A stretch of DNA of 32,228 nucleotides. Origin: an uncultured Saprospirales bacterium (lineage in GTDB: Bacteria; Bacteroidota; Bacteroidia; Chitinophagales; Saprospiraceae). Of this stretch, positions 15,702 to 23,496 are shown in pieces. Each line of letters opens with the position of its first letter. The stretch's first letter is position 1. The stretch lies in the NCBI GenBank assembly GCA_964021975.1, contig CAXIDD010000001.1, positions 1 to 32,228 on the forward strand, given 5' to 3'. The notes beneath the pieces were generated by a model that was given only the letters and a program-made list of their open reading frames with translations, made no database searches and was not told where the DNA came from. The position numbers and the translations under genes were made by a program.

Positions 15702-16892
15702 ATGCAACGTAGAGACTTTTTACAGACCTCCGCTTTTGTTTCGGCAAGTATGCTGGCACCAGCGTTTTTAAGAGGCTTTTCAAATAAACAATCCTTACGC
15801 TCTCGTAGTGGAAAAATATTAATAGTAGTTCAATTATCTGGTGGAAATGATGGTTTGAACACCGTGATCCCTTATCAAAATGACCTTTATTATCAAAATC
15901 GTCCGAGGCTAGGAATTCCTCAAAATGAAGTACTTCGGCTCAATGATGACTTGGGTTTAAACCCAGTAATGGGAGCCTTACGATCCTTGTATGAGGAAGG
16001 CCATGTTTCAATTGTCAATAGTGTGGGCTATCCCAACCCGGATCGTTCTCATTTTCGGAGCATGGATATCTGGCACACCGCTAGCTCCAGTGACGAATAC
16101 CTTACTTCTGGATGGTTGGGGCGCTACCTAGATCATGCTTGTGGCAATTGTCAGCAACCTTATCATGCCTTAGAAGTTGATGACAGTTTGAGTTTAGCTT
16201 TGAAAGGACAGACCCGCAATGGTTTTGCCATGTCAGATCCTAAAAAACTGCAAAGAGCTACTCAAAATAAATTTCTAAAAGCGGTCGCTCAACATGAGCA
16301 CGAGGAGGAAGAACACATCGCGTATTTGTATAAAACAATGATTGACAGTCAATCTTCTGCCGATTATTTGTACCAAAAGTCTAAGGTTTTTCAAGCAAAA
16401 GCTAATTATCCCCAAACTGCATTTGGGAAAGACCTTAAGCAAATTGCGGAGCTAATTACTGCTGACACACCTACCCAGGTATATTACGTCAGCCTTACTG
16501 GTTTTGACACTCATGCCAATCAGAAAAACCAGCAGGAACGTTTGCTAAAACAATATGCAGATGGAATGCAAGCCCTGGTCCAGGACCTGAAACAGAATGG
16601 ATTATTTAAAGATACGCTCATCATGACATTCTCTGAGTTTGGACGCCGAGTGAAGCAAAATGCTAGTAATGGAACCGATCATGGTACCGCTAACAACCTT
16701 TATTTGATTGGTGAAAATTTAGGGAAACCTGGATTTTTTAATGCTGCGCCAGATTTAAGTCAACTAGATAATGGAGATCTTATTTATCAAGTTGACTTCC
16801 GAAACATTTATGCCACTATTTTGGATCGTTGGTTAGAAAGTCCGGTACCAGAAGTTCTTGGAAAACGCTTTGATACTTTAAAACTTCTATAA
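15702..16892 (+). CDS. DUF1501 domain protein (sulfatase/phosphatase-like fold) with a Tat signal
   Basis: Twin-arginine leader MQRRDFLQTSAFVSASMLAPAFL. LSGGNDGLNTVIP, GFDTHANQ and SEFGRRVKQNASNGTDHG are typical DUF1501 blocks. Confidence 0.9.
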   Translation: MQRRDFLQTSAFVSASMLAPAFLRGFSNKQSLRSRSGKILIVVQLSGGNDGLNTVIPYQNDLYYQNRPRLGIPQNEVLRLNDDLGLNPVMGALRSLYEEGHVSIVNSVGYPNPDRSHFRSMDIWHTASSSDEYLTSGWLGRYLDHACGNCQQPYHALEVDDSLSLALKGQTRNGFAMSDPKKLQRATQNKFLKAVAQHEHEEEEHIAYLYKTMIDSQSSADYLYQKSKVFQAKANYPQTAFGKDLKQIAELITADTPTQVYYVSLTGFDTHANQKNQQERLLKQYADGMQALVQDLKQNGLFKDTLIMTFSEFGRRVKQNASNGTDHGTANNLYLIGENLGKPGFFNAAPDLSQLDNGDLIYQVDFRNIYATILDRWLESPVPEVLGKRFDTLKLL

Positions 16893-16957
16893 AGGGATTA
16901 AAACTTAGGTGCCTTAGGTGGTTCAAATCAACTAAGGTGAAATTTAAAAATACTTTG

Positions 16958-16965
16958 TAGTTTTG
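16958..16965 (+). promoter_or_regulatory. Bacteroidota-type -7 box TAGTTTTG upstream of pth
   Basis: Matches the TAnnTTTG consensus. It overlaps the GTG at 16965, which argues against that start and for ATG 16986. Confidence 0.4.
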
Positions 16966-16985
16966 TGCAACTAAGACCGTTATTT

Positions 16986-17615
16986 ATGGGTTTGTTAAAG
17001 CGAATTATAGGTTTTTTCAATAGTGCACAAAAAAAGGTAGAACCAGATCCTATGAAGTATTTGATTGTTGGTCTTGGCAATATGGGGCCAGATTACGATG
17101 ACACCCGACATAATGTTGGTTTTGAGGTAGTAGATCATTTAGCAAAGGAGTTTGACGTTTCCTTCAAAAATGACCAGTTGGGAGATTTGGCTACTTTCAA
17201 ACATAAAGGACGGACTTTTATACTCTTGAAACCATCCACTTTTATGAATCGTAGTGGAAAAGCGGTTCGATATTGGATGCAAAAAGAAAAAATTGAGAAG
17301 TCTAATATATTGGTGATAGTAGACGATTTAAATTTGCCTTTCGGCAAACAGCGTCTTCGTGGCAAAGGCAGTGATGGCGGTCACAATGGTCTCAAAGACA
17401 TTGATCAAATGACTGGTGGCAATAATTATTCCCGCCTACGATTTGGGATCGGCAGTGATTTTTATAGCGGTCAGCAAGTCGATTTTGTATTGGGTAAATG
17501 GGATTCAGAAGAATCAAAGGCCCTACCAGAATTAATCAAATACGCAGGAGATACCATTAAAGCTTTCGGCACCATCGGCCTGAATCACACCATGAATCAG
17601 TACAATAAAAAATAA
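16986..17615 (+). CDS. pth: Peptidyl-tRNA hydrolase
   Basis: YLIVGLGNMGPDYDDTRHNVGF, FMNRSGKAV and GGHNGLKDI are canonical Pth motifs. Start is ATG 16986 (209 aa, with a 22-aa N-terminal extension) or ATG 17052. Confidence 0.9.
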   Translation: MGLLKRIIGFFNSAQKKVEPDPMKYLIVGLGNMGPDYDDTRHNVGFEVVDHLAKEFDVSFKNDQLGDLATFKHKGRTFILLKPSTFMNRSGKAVRYWMQKEKIEKSNILVIVDDLNLPFGKQRLRGKGSDGGHNGLKDIDQMTGGNNYSRLRFGIGSDFYSGQQVDFVLGKWDSEESKALPELIKYAGDTIKAFGTIGLNHTMNQYNKK

Positions 17616-17620
17616 GCAGT

Positions 17621-17953
17621 ATGGCTCAGAAACCACATTATTATGAGCAGGTATTCGAAGTCACTCAATTGATTCCTTTTGGTCGGGTGTCAACCTACGG
17701 CGCAATTGCAGACTACTTAGCTTTAGGTTCTGCTCGTATGGTTGGTTATGCCCTGCGCAATGCTTTCAATGGTATGCACATTCCGGCCCACCGGGTTGTT
17801 AACCGCAATGGAGAACTGACGGGCCGCTTGCAGTTTCCTACGCCAACTATGATGGAGGAACTACTTCGACAGGAAGGTGTCCCTGTCGAAAATCATAAAG
17901 TAGTTGATTTTAAAACCCGTTTTTGGCATCCAGCCGAGGGCTTAGAAGAGTAA
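17621..17953 (+). CDS. MGMT-family DNA-binding protein lacking the catalytic Cys (alkyltransferase-like, ATL)
   Basis: 110 aa with only the C-terminal AGT-like domain. The PCHRV active-site motif reads PAHRVV here. The start lies 5 nt after the pth stop. Confidence 0.85.
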   Translation: MAQKPHYYEQVFEVTQLIPFGRVSTYGAIADYLALGSARMVGYALRNAFNGMHIPAHRVVNRNGELTGRLQFPTPTMMEELLRQEGVPVENHKVVDFKTRFWHPAEGLEE

Positions 17954-17966
17954 TCAATTTACAACT

Positions 17967-19283
17967 TTACTTTTTTTGGTAATTCCTTAGCAATTGCACC
18001 AAATTCCACACATCAGTATAACTATTATAAATAGGTGCCGGAGCAATTCTAATCACGCCGCTTTTATCACTTTCCGCACCAGACTGGTCGGGCATATTAT
18101 GTTCTCTCCAGTCGCAAATCACTCCATTTGCACTGATGTAGTCGAAAAGATCTTTTCCTTCCTTTCCAGTGATAAAGGATAACTGTGCTCCGCGCTGAGC
18201 GGGGTCTCGAGGCGTGATAAATTCATAATCATGCCCTTCTGCTCTTAATTCGTCGATCAAAAATTCAAGATACCCAGTCAGTTGTATACTTTTTTCGCGT
18301 AAAGCGGGCATAGTGGCTTTATAGTGCAAGTCGTGGCTGGCTTTCATTGGCGGGAAAGCCAAAATTGGCGCATTACTTAACTGCCAGCCATCTGCTCCTT
18401 TGGTTGGGACAAAACCTTTCTCCATAAGGAAACGACGCTCTTCGTCGTGGCCCCACCATCCAGCAAAACGAGGCAACTCAGGATTAAAGGCATGACGTTC
18501 GTGAATAAAACAACCAGCTAAGGCACCTGGACCTGAGTTGAGGTATTTGTATGTGCACCAAACTGCAAAATCAACATCCCAATCGTGTAAATGTAGAGGG
18601 ACATTACCTGCTGCATGAGCCAAATCAAACCCAACTTGCGCACCAACTTTGTGCCCCGCTTCGGTAATCGCTTGCATATCAAAAAGCTGACCAGTATAGT
18701 AATTCATGCCACCAAACAGTACCAAAGCGGTCTCAGGCCCATGTTGGTCAATAGCACTCAAAATATCTTCTGGTTCTAAAGTCAACTTTCCAGGTCGTGG
18801 AGCTACTTCAATAATGGCTTCGGCTGGATCATAGCCATGAAATTTCACTTGACTTTCTACGGCGTACTGATCCGAAGGAAATGCCCCGGCTTCCATAATG
18901 ATCTTATAACGGGCTTTCTCAGGTCGATAAAAGGTGACCATCATCAAATGAAGGTTGACCGTTAGGGTATTCATCAAAACGATTTCCTGCTCCTTTGCTC
19001 CAACGATGTGCGCAGATTGAGGTGCAAGAGATTTGTGATAATCTACCCAGGGGACTTCGCCTTCAAAATGACCTTCTACACCTAAAGCTCTCCAACGGTC
19101 CAATTCTTTTTGTATCTCGGCTCCAGCTGTTTTAGGTTGGATACCTAAGGAATTTCCACAGAAATAAAGGCTATCTTTTCCTTGATGCTGGGGAAAGTAA
19201 AATGCTTCTCGAAAGGAACGTAAAGGATCTGCTTGATCTAGTTTTTTAGCCGTAGCTAAACTGGTATCGTATGTGACGGTCAT
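17967..19283 (-). CDS. kynU: Kynureninase
   Basis: About 438 aa. LDQADPLRSFREAFYFP N-terminus, a class V aminotransferase-like core and WCTYKYLNSGPG (PLP lysine region). I prefer ATG 19283 over TTG 19304. Confidence 0.9.
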   Translation of the reverse strand: MTVTYDTSLATAKKLDQADPLRSFREAFYFPQHQGKDSLYFCGNSLGIQPKTAGAEIQKELDRWRALGVEGHFEGEVPWVDYHKSLAPQSAHIVGAKEQEIVLMNTLTVNLHLMMVTFYRPEKARYKIIMEAGAFPSDQYAVESQVKFHGYDPAEAIIEVAPRPGKLTLEPEDILSAIDQHGPETALVLFGGMNYYTGQLFDMQAITEAGHKVGAQVGFDLAHAAGNVPLHLHDWDVDFAVWCTYKYLNSGPGALAGCFIHERHAFNPELPRFAGWWGHDEERRFLMEKGFVPTKGADGWQLSNAPILAFPPMKASHDLHYKATMPALREKSIQLTGYLEFLIDELRAEGHDYEFITPRDPAQRGAQLSFITGKEGKDLFDYISANGVICDWREHNMPDQSGAESDKSGVIRIAPAPIYNSYTDVWNLVQLLRNYQKK

Positions 19284-19336
19284 ATTCTTTGGTTTGGCCT
19301 GCAATTAATAGTGTGATCGGAACCACTTTTGCGTAA

Positions 19337-19344
19337 CAAAAGTA
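19337..19344 (-). promoter_or_regulatory. -7 box TACTTTTG (minus strand) upstream of kynU
   Basis: The reverse complement of caaaagta matches TAnnTTTG. It lies within the palindrome acttttg-cgtaa-caaaagt (19325-19343). Confidence 0.4.
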
Positions 19345-19386
19345 AGTCTTTTATGTTTTTACTTATAGCAATTGAACCAACATCAT

Positions 19387-19403
19387 TAAGAAGCTATTTG
19401 AAT
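19387..19403 (+). repeat. Copy B of the recurrent intergenic motif TAAGAAGCTATTTGAAT
   Basis: A 17-mer identical to 14133-14149, immediately upstream of the xth -7 box. Confidence 0.7.
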
Positions 19404-19406
19404 TTA

Positions 19407-19414
19407 TATCTTTG
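19407..19414 (+). promoter_or_regulatory. -7 box TATCTTTG upstream of xth
   Basis: Matches TAnnTTTG. It overlaps the GTG at 19414 in the ORF track, favouring ATG 19438 as the start. Confidence 0.45.
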
Positions 19415-19437
19415 TGCTTTTGAAAAAACAGGATAAT

Positions 19438-20208
19438 ATGTCTACATCTATTGTTTCTTATAATATTAATGGTATTAGAGCAGGTTTAAGAAAAGGCTTA
19501 GCTGAATGGCTCTTTGAAAACCCCGCAGATATACTTTGTATACAAGAAACCAAAGCACAGCAAGAACAAGTAGATGTGCAGGCTTTAGAAGCATTAGGTT
19601 ATCAGCATTTTTGGCATTCTGCAGAAAAGAAAGGCTATAGTGGTGTGGCAATATTTACCAAGCAAAAACCAGATTTGGTCAAAGTTGGCTGTGGAATAGA
19701 AAAATATGATCGAGAGGGTCGGATCCTAAGAGCCGACTTTGGAGATTGGACCTTGTTGAATTGTTATTTTCCTTCCGGCACCTCGGGAGATGAACGACAA
19801 GCTTTCAAAATGGACTACCTCGCTGACTTTCAAAACTGGATCAACGAACTGAAAAAAGAGCGACCTCAATTAATTATTGTGGGCGATTACAATATTGCTC
19901 ATACGGAGATGGATATTCACAACCCCAAAGGCAATAAAAAAACTTCAGGTTTCCTACCAGAAGAAAGAGAATGGATGACACAGTGGTTTGCGGGAGGATT
20001 TACGGATGCTTTCCGAAGCTTGAATCCAGATAAAGTAGAATATTCTTGGTGGAGCTACCGAGCCAATGCCCGAGCTAATAATAAAGGTTGGCGGATTGAT
20101 TACCAATCGGTCACTGATAACTTGAAGGACCGTTTAATCAAGGCTTATCAAATGACAGATGCAGTACATTCGGATCACTGCCCCGTTTATTTAGAAGTTG
20201 ATCTTTAG
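19438..20208 (+). CDS. xth: Exodeoxyribonuclease III (AP endonuclease)
   Basis: SYNINGIRA, LCIQETK, GDYNIAH and SDHCPV are canonical ExoIII/EEP motifs. Confidence 0.9.
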   Translation: MSTSIVSYNINGIRAGLRKGLAEWLFENPADILCIQETKAQQEQVDVQALEALGYQHFWHSAEKKGYSGVAIFTKQKPDLVKVGCGIEKYDREGRILRADFGDWTLLNCYFPSGTSGDERQAFKMDYLADFQNWINELKKERPQLIIVGDYNIAHTEMDIHNPKGNKKTSGFLPEEREWMTQWFAGGFTDAFRSLNPDKVEYSWWSYRANARANNKGWRIDYQSVTDNLKDRLIKAYQMTDAVHSDHCPVYLEVDL

Positions 20209-20211
20209 AAA

Positions 20212-20649
20212 ATGAAATCTATACAAATTCGTTTAGGTAGTATTCCAGAAGTTGTGGCTTTGAGTCAAGCTATTCCTGAATTTAAAGATCCACATACTGC
20301 GGAGGTTTATGAAGAACGGATATCGTCAGTTCCTCATCTTATTTTGGTTGCCGAAATAGAAGGAGAACCAGCTGGATTTAAAGTAGGTTATGAAAGAGAT
20401 CGAATCTTTTATTCTTGGATGGGAGCGGTCTTACCCGCTTATAGAAGACTGGGTATTGCGCAAAAACTGGCTAATCAACAAGAAAAATGGGCAAAATCAC
20501 AAGCTTATACAACCATTAGGTGTAAAACACGCAACCATCATAAAGGGATGTTTATCTTTGCTTTGAAAAATGGCTTTGATGTCATCGAAGTACAGGTTAA
20601 AGATTCTATCGGTGAAAACCGGATTTTATTACAAAAAACAATTGTCTGA
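20212..20649 (+). CDS. GNAT-family N-acetyltransferase
   Basis: 145 aa with an acetyl-CoA binding motif-A-like segment VLPAYRRLGIAQKLANQ. The start lies 3 nt after the xth stop. Confidence 0.8.
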   Translation: MKSIQIRLGSIPEVVALSQAIPEFKDPHTAEVYEERISSVPHLILVAEIEGEPAGFKVGYERDRIFYSWMGAVLPAYRRLGIAQKLANQQEKWAKSQAYTTIRCKTRNHHKGMFIFALKNGFDVIEVQVKDSIGENRILLQKTIV

Positions 20650-20663
20650 AAAATTTAAATCAA

Positions 20664-21548
20664 ATGAAGCTGATATCTAAAATTACCTACTTAGTCTGTT
20701 TTTGCTTTCTTAGTTTGCACCTAAATGCTCAATCTATTGGCGGTGGCTTTAAAACCGGTTTGAATTTTTCCAGATTCGATGGTCCTACCATCCAAGATGC
20801 AAATGGCAATGATTTGGAATCCTTCAGTTATGCAACTGGATTCCACGTTGGAGCCATCGTTAATTTTAAATTGACAGATTACTTTGGCTTGCGTGGAGAA
20901 TTATTGTACTCTCAAAAGGGGACCGATTATGACTTTAATGGCGCTTCCTACCTTCGAATCTACAATGATAATGCGAGCCAAAATGTAATCCTAAACGGAA
21001 ACCGAGTAACGACCATTAATATTACAACCTCTCATATCGATATTCCAATTTTAGCTTATGCACGCATTGGTAGAATTGAATTCGCAGGCGGTGTGAATGC
21101 CGCTGTTATGATAAACTCTACAGGTACAGGAGAAATTGCCCTCAGGAACGTCGTGACACCCTTGGGACAATCTAAGGAGGATATCATCATTAGCGTAGAT
21201 GCCAATTATTTCCAAGATGAATATCAAATTTCTGATTTGGTTGACCCTCGAACGATTACGGTATTAAATGTAGACTACTTGGCACCCAGTGTAGCCGGTG
21301 CCTATTATGATGCTTCTGATAGTAATGAGAATGCATTCAAAAGATTGGATTGGGGCTTGAATGCACAATTGGGATTCTACCTGAATCAAGGCCTTCTAGT
21401 TAGTTTCCGGGCTAATTATGGCTTGACAGATGTGACCAATCAAGTCCAGGATATCGATCCACGTAATTTAGAAGCTGGACAAGTAGTCACAAGGGATGAT
21501 TTTGACAGGAACATCTCCCTACAAGCTTCGGTTGGTTTTAGTTTCTAG
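20664..21548 (+). CDS. Outer-membrane beta-barrel protein (PorT/OprF-like porin family)
   Basis: Signal peptide ending LNAQS, alternating-hydrophobic beta-strand pattern, and a C-terminal ...ASVGFSF with a terminal Phe. Confidence 0.7.
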   Translation: MKLISKITYLVCFCFLSLHLNAQSIGGGFKTGLNFSRFDGPTIQDANGNDLESFSYATGFHVGAIVNFKLTDYFGLRGELLYSQKGTDYDFNGASYLRIYNDNASQNVILNGNRVTTINITTSHIDIPILAYARIGRIEFAGGVNAAVMINSTGTGEIALRNVVTPLGQSKEDIIISVDANYFQDEYQISDLVDPRTITVLNVDYLAPSVAGAYYDASDSNENAFKRLDWGLNAQLGFYLNQGLLVSFRANYGLTDVTNQVQDIDPRNLEAGQVVTRDDFDRNISLQASVGFSF

Positions 21549-21568
21549 AACGATTCTTAGAAAATAAA

Positions 21569-21630
21569 AACATACAAACTGAGTAAGAGTCTCCACACAA
21601 AATCATGTGTGCTTACCCAGTTTGCATGTT
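21569..21630 (-). terminator. Long hairpin between convergent genes, best as the terminator of the CBS gene
   Basis: The 19-nt arms aacatacaaactgagtaag / cttacccagtttgcatgtt have two mismatches. These are A.C on the plus-strand RNA but U.G wobbles on the minus-strand RNA. The minus-strand hairpin is followed by a U-rich tail (complement of aaaataaaa). Confidence 0.6.
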
Positions 21631-21689
21631 TATAAACAGTCTCGTCATTAAAATTATTTGGTCAGGGCTGAGTCGTTTTACAGCGAGTA

Positions 21690-22148
21690 CTAGCTTGCTT
21701 GTTTGCTAGCTATGATCTGCTCAGCTGTAATCGTTTCTTGGTTCAAGTTCTTCACTATATCAAAAGTCGTAACGATTCCTTTAAGTTCGTTGTTTTCAAC
21801 AACGGGTATAGCATGGAAGCGATTGACCATAAAGATTTCAAGTGCTACATTAATCCGATCAGTTGGACTCACTTTTGCCAGCCCGGTGGTCATAATATCT
21901 TCTGCGGTATAAGCTCTTAGTCTAGCGTAATTTACAAATCGATCCTCTTCATTGCGGCTAAATCCACGTAAGAAGAATTTAAAATCTGTTTTACTAATTA
22001 AGCCAACCATTTCTCTGAAACGTACCACCGGAATATGGTGGATGTTGTGCTCATCAAAAATTTCTTTTACCATCGTAAGCTTGTCCCCTGGATTTACCGT
22101 GAGTAAATCGGTGGTCATAATTGTGTTAATTGGTGCCAATACATTCAT
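21690..22148 (-). CDS. Stand-alone CBS-domain pair protein
   Basis: 152 aa with two CBS repeats: IMTTDLLTVNPGDKL...HHIPVV and IMTTGLAKVSPTDRI...HAIPVVENNELKGIVT. Confidence 0.85.
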   Translation of the reverse strand: MNVLAPINTIMTTDLLTVNPGDKLTMVKEIFDEHNIHHIPVVRFREMVGLISKTDFKFFLRGFSRNEEDRFVNYARLRAYTAEDIMTTGLAKVSPTDRINVALEIFMVNRFHAIPVVENNELKGIVTTFDIVKNLNQETITAEQIIASKQAS

Positions 22149-22250
22149 AATTGTTCGATTTTTAATTCATTACTAAGTTCGCAAATGCAAGGCGGTCTGT
22201 TTTTGAGTTATATCAATAAAAATTAATGACTTTTGTCACTATGACCAATA

Positions 22251-22277
22251 AAAAAGGGCTGATCTAAAGATCAGCCC
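22251..22277 (-). terminator. Rho-independent terminator of the SLT/LysM gene
   Basis: gggctgatc-taaa-gatcagccc (22256-22277). On the minus strand the hairpin is followed by ttttt (complement of 22251-22255). Confidence 0.65.
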
Positions 22278-22297
22278 ACCATTCAATTTATGTTTTT

Positions 22298-22326
22298 CCT
22301 GACGATAAATGTCAGGCGTTTTTTTT
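22298..22326 (+). terminator. Plus-strand-oriented hairpin plus T8 with no plus-strand gene upstream
   Basis: cctgac-gataaat-gtcagg (22298-22316), then cg and tttttttt (22319-22326). Its orientation does not fit either flanking minus-strand gene. Confidence 0.4.
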
Positions 22327-22371
22327 CCACAACGTATCAATATCATTGTTCTGACATTCTTCGTCAGAAAC

Positions 22372-23496
22372 TTAAGCTCTTTTCATTAAATAAGAGCGGG
22401 ACAGGTAAAGGACCAATTCTTGGTTGATACTTACTTGATCAGAACTTAAATTGTTCCATAGCTGGATGTTCTCTACACTGGTATTAAACATCTTGGCGAC
22501 TTTATCCAAGTCGTCTCCTTTAGCGGTAACATAAACCGTAGATACTTGGCCACTACTTTGTGTTTTTACTACTAAATCTTTTTTAGCTAAGAAATGTCTA
22601 AAAGCACTTGTTGTACTAGTAGGCAAGATCACATTATGTCCGTCCTTACTTACAGGAACATGTCCTGAGATATAAGCTGGATTCAATTTCGCAACAGTAT
22701 TGTAATCTAGGCCTGTCGCTTTAGCGATTTGGCTAAGACTCATGGCTTGCTTTACTTTAATCACTCTAGTATCTTGTACCAAGTTAACGGAAGCCGTTAC
22801 ATTAGGTTGCATACTATGTAGGTGATAATTATTAGCAAGGTAGGCCGCAGCAATAAACGCAGGAACATACTTCTGTGTTTCCACAGGCAGGTATTGTTTA
22901 ACCGTCCAATAATTGTTTGTACCAGCTAGCTTCATGGCTTTTTTCACGCGAACGTGACCACTATTATAAGCAGCTAATACTAAGCCCCAGTCTCCAAATT
23001 GCTTGTACAAGAAGTCCAGCATTTTGACAGCAGCTTCCGTAGAAGCATAAATATCCATACGCTGATCCACCTGTCCATTGACTGTTAGTCCATTGTAGCG
23101 TGCAGTAATGCTCATCAATTGCCACAATCCAGTAGCGCCAACTCCTGATTTTACAGTCGGGCGTAAGCCAGACTCAATCATTGGAAGATACTTTAACTCT
23201 TCTGGTAAATTATATTGCTTTAGGTAGTGTTCAAAGATCGGGAAATAAACATAAGTACGACCCAGAATTAATTCTGCATCTCTACGTCCGGCAGTAGTAT
23301 ACTGACGGATCTTGCTCATAACCTGATGGTTGGAAACAATCTCCAAAGGAAGGTCAAGTTGCGTCAAACGCTCCTTGATTTGGGAGTCCGTATGGGAATC
23401 CCAGTTGCTGCTTGGGTTAAATGTAAGATGTGTGTCGTTCGCTAATGCGGTGGCAGCTACCAACATTAGAACAACTAGTGTCCATGGGAATTTCAT
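22372..23496 (-). CDS. Lytic transglycosylase (SLT domain, MltD-like) with two C-terminal LysM domains
   Basis: Signal peptide. SLT catalytic region LPMIESGLRP...GATGLWQLM...AYNSG. Two LysM repeats: VKQAMSLSQIAKATGLDYNTVAKLNP and TAKGDDLDKVAKMFNTSVENIQLWNNL. Confidence 0.85.
   Translation of the reverse strand: MKFPWTLVVLMLVAATALANDTHLTFNPSSNWDSHTDSQIKERLTQLDLPLEIVSNHQVMSKIRQYTTAGRRDAELILGRTYVYFPIFEHYLKQYNLPEELKYLPMIESGLRPTVKSGVGATGLWQLMSITARYNGLTVNGQVDQRMDIYASTEAAVKMLDFLYKQFGDWGLVLAAYNSGHVRVKKAMKLAGTNNYWTVKQYLPVETQKYVPAFIAAAYLANNYHLHSMQPNVTASVNLVQDTRVIKVKQAMSLSQIAKATGLDYNTVAKLNPAYISGHVPVSKDGHNVILPTSTTSAFRHFLAKKDLVVKTQSSGQVSTVYVTAKGDDLDKVAKMFNTSVENIQLWNNLSSDQVSINQELVLYLSRSYLMKRA

Noticed and set aside
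16904-16939. cttaggtg, cttaggtg, ctaaggtg triple and ccttag-N14-ctaagg hairpin after DUF1501
   Set aside because: These are short 8-mers in a 36-nt span with a weak 6-bp stem and no U-run. They could be a poor terminator, but this is not distinguishable from chance.
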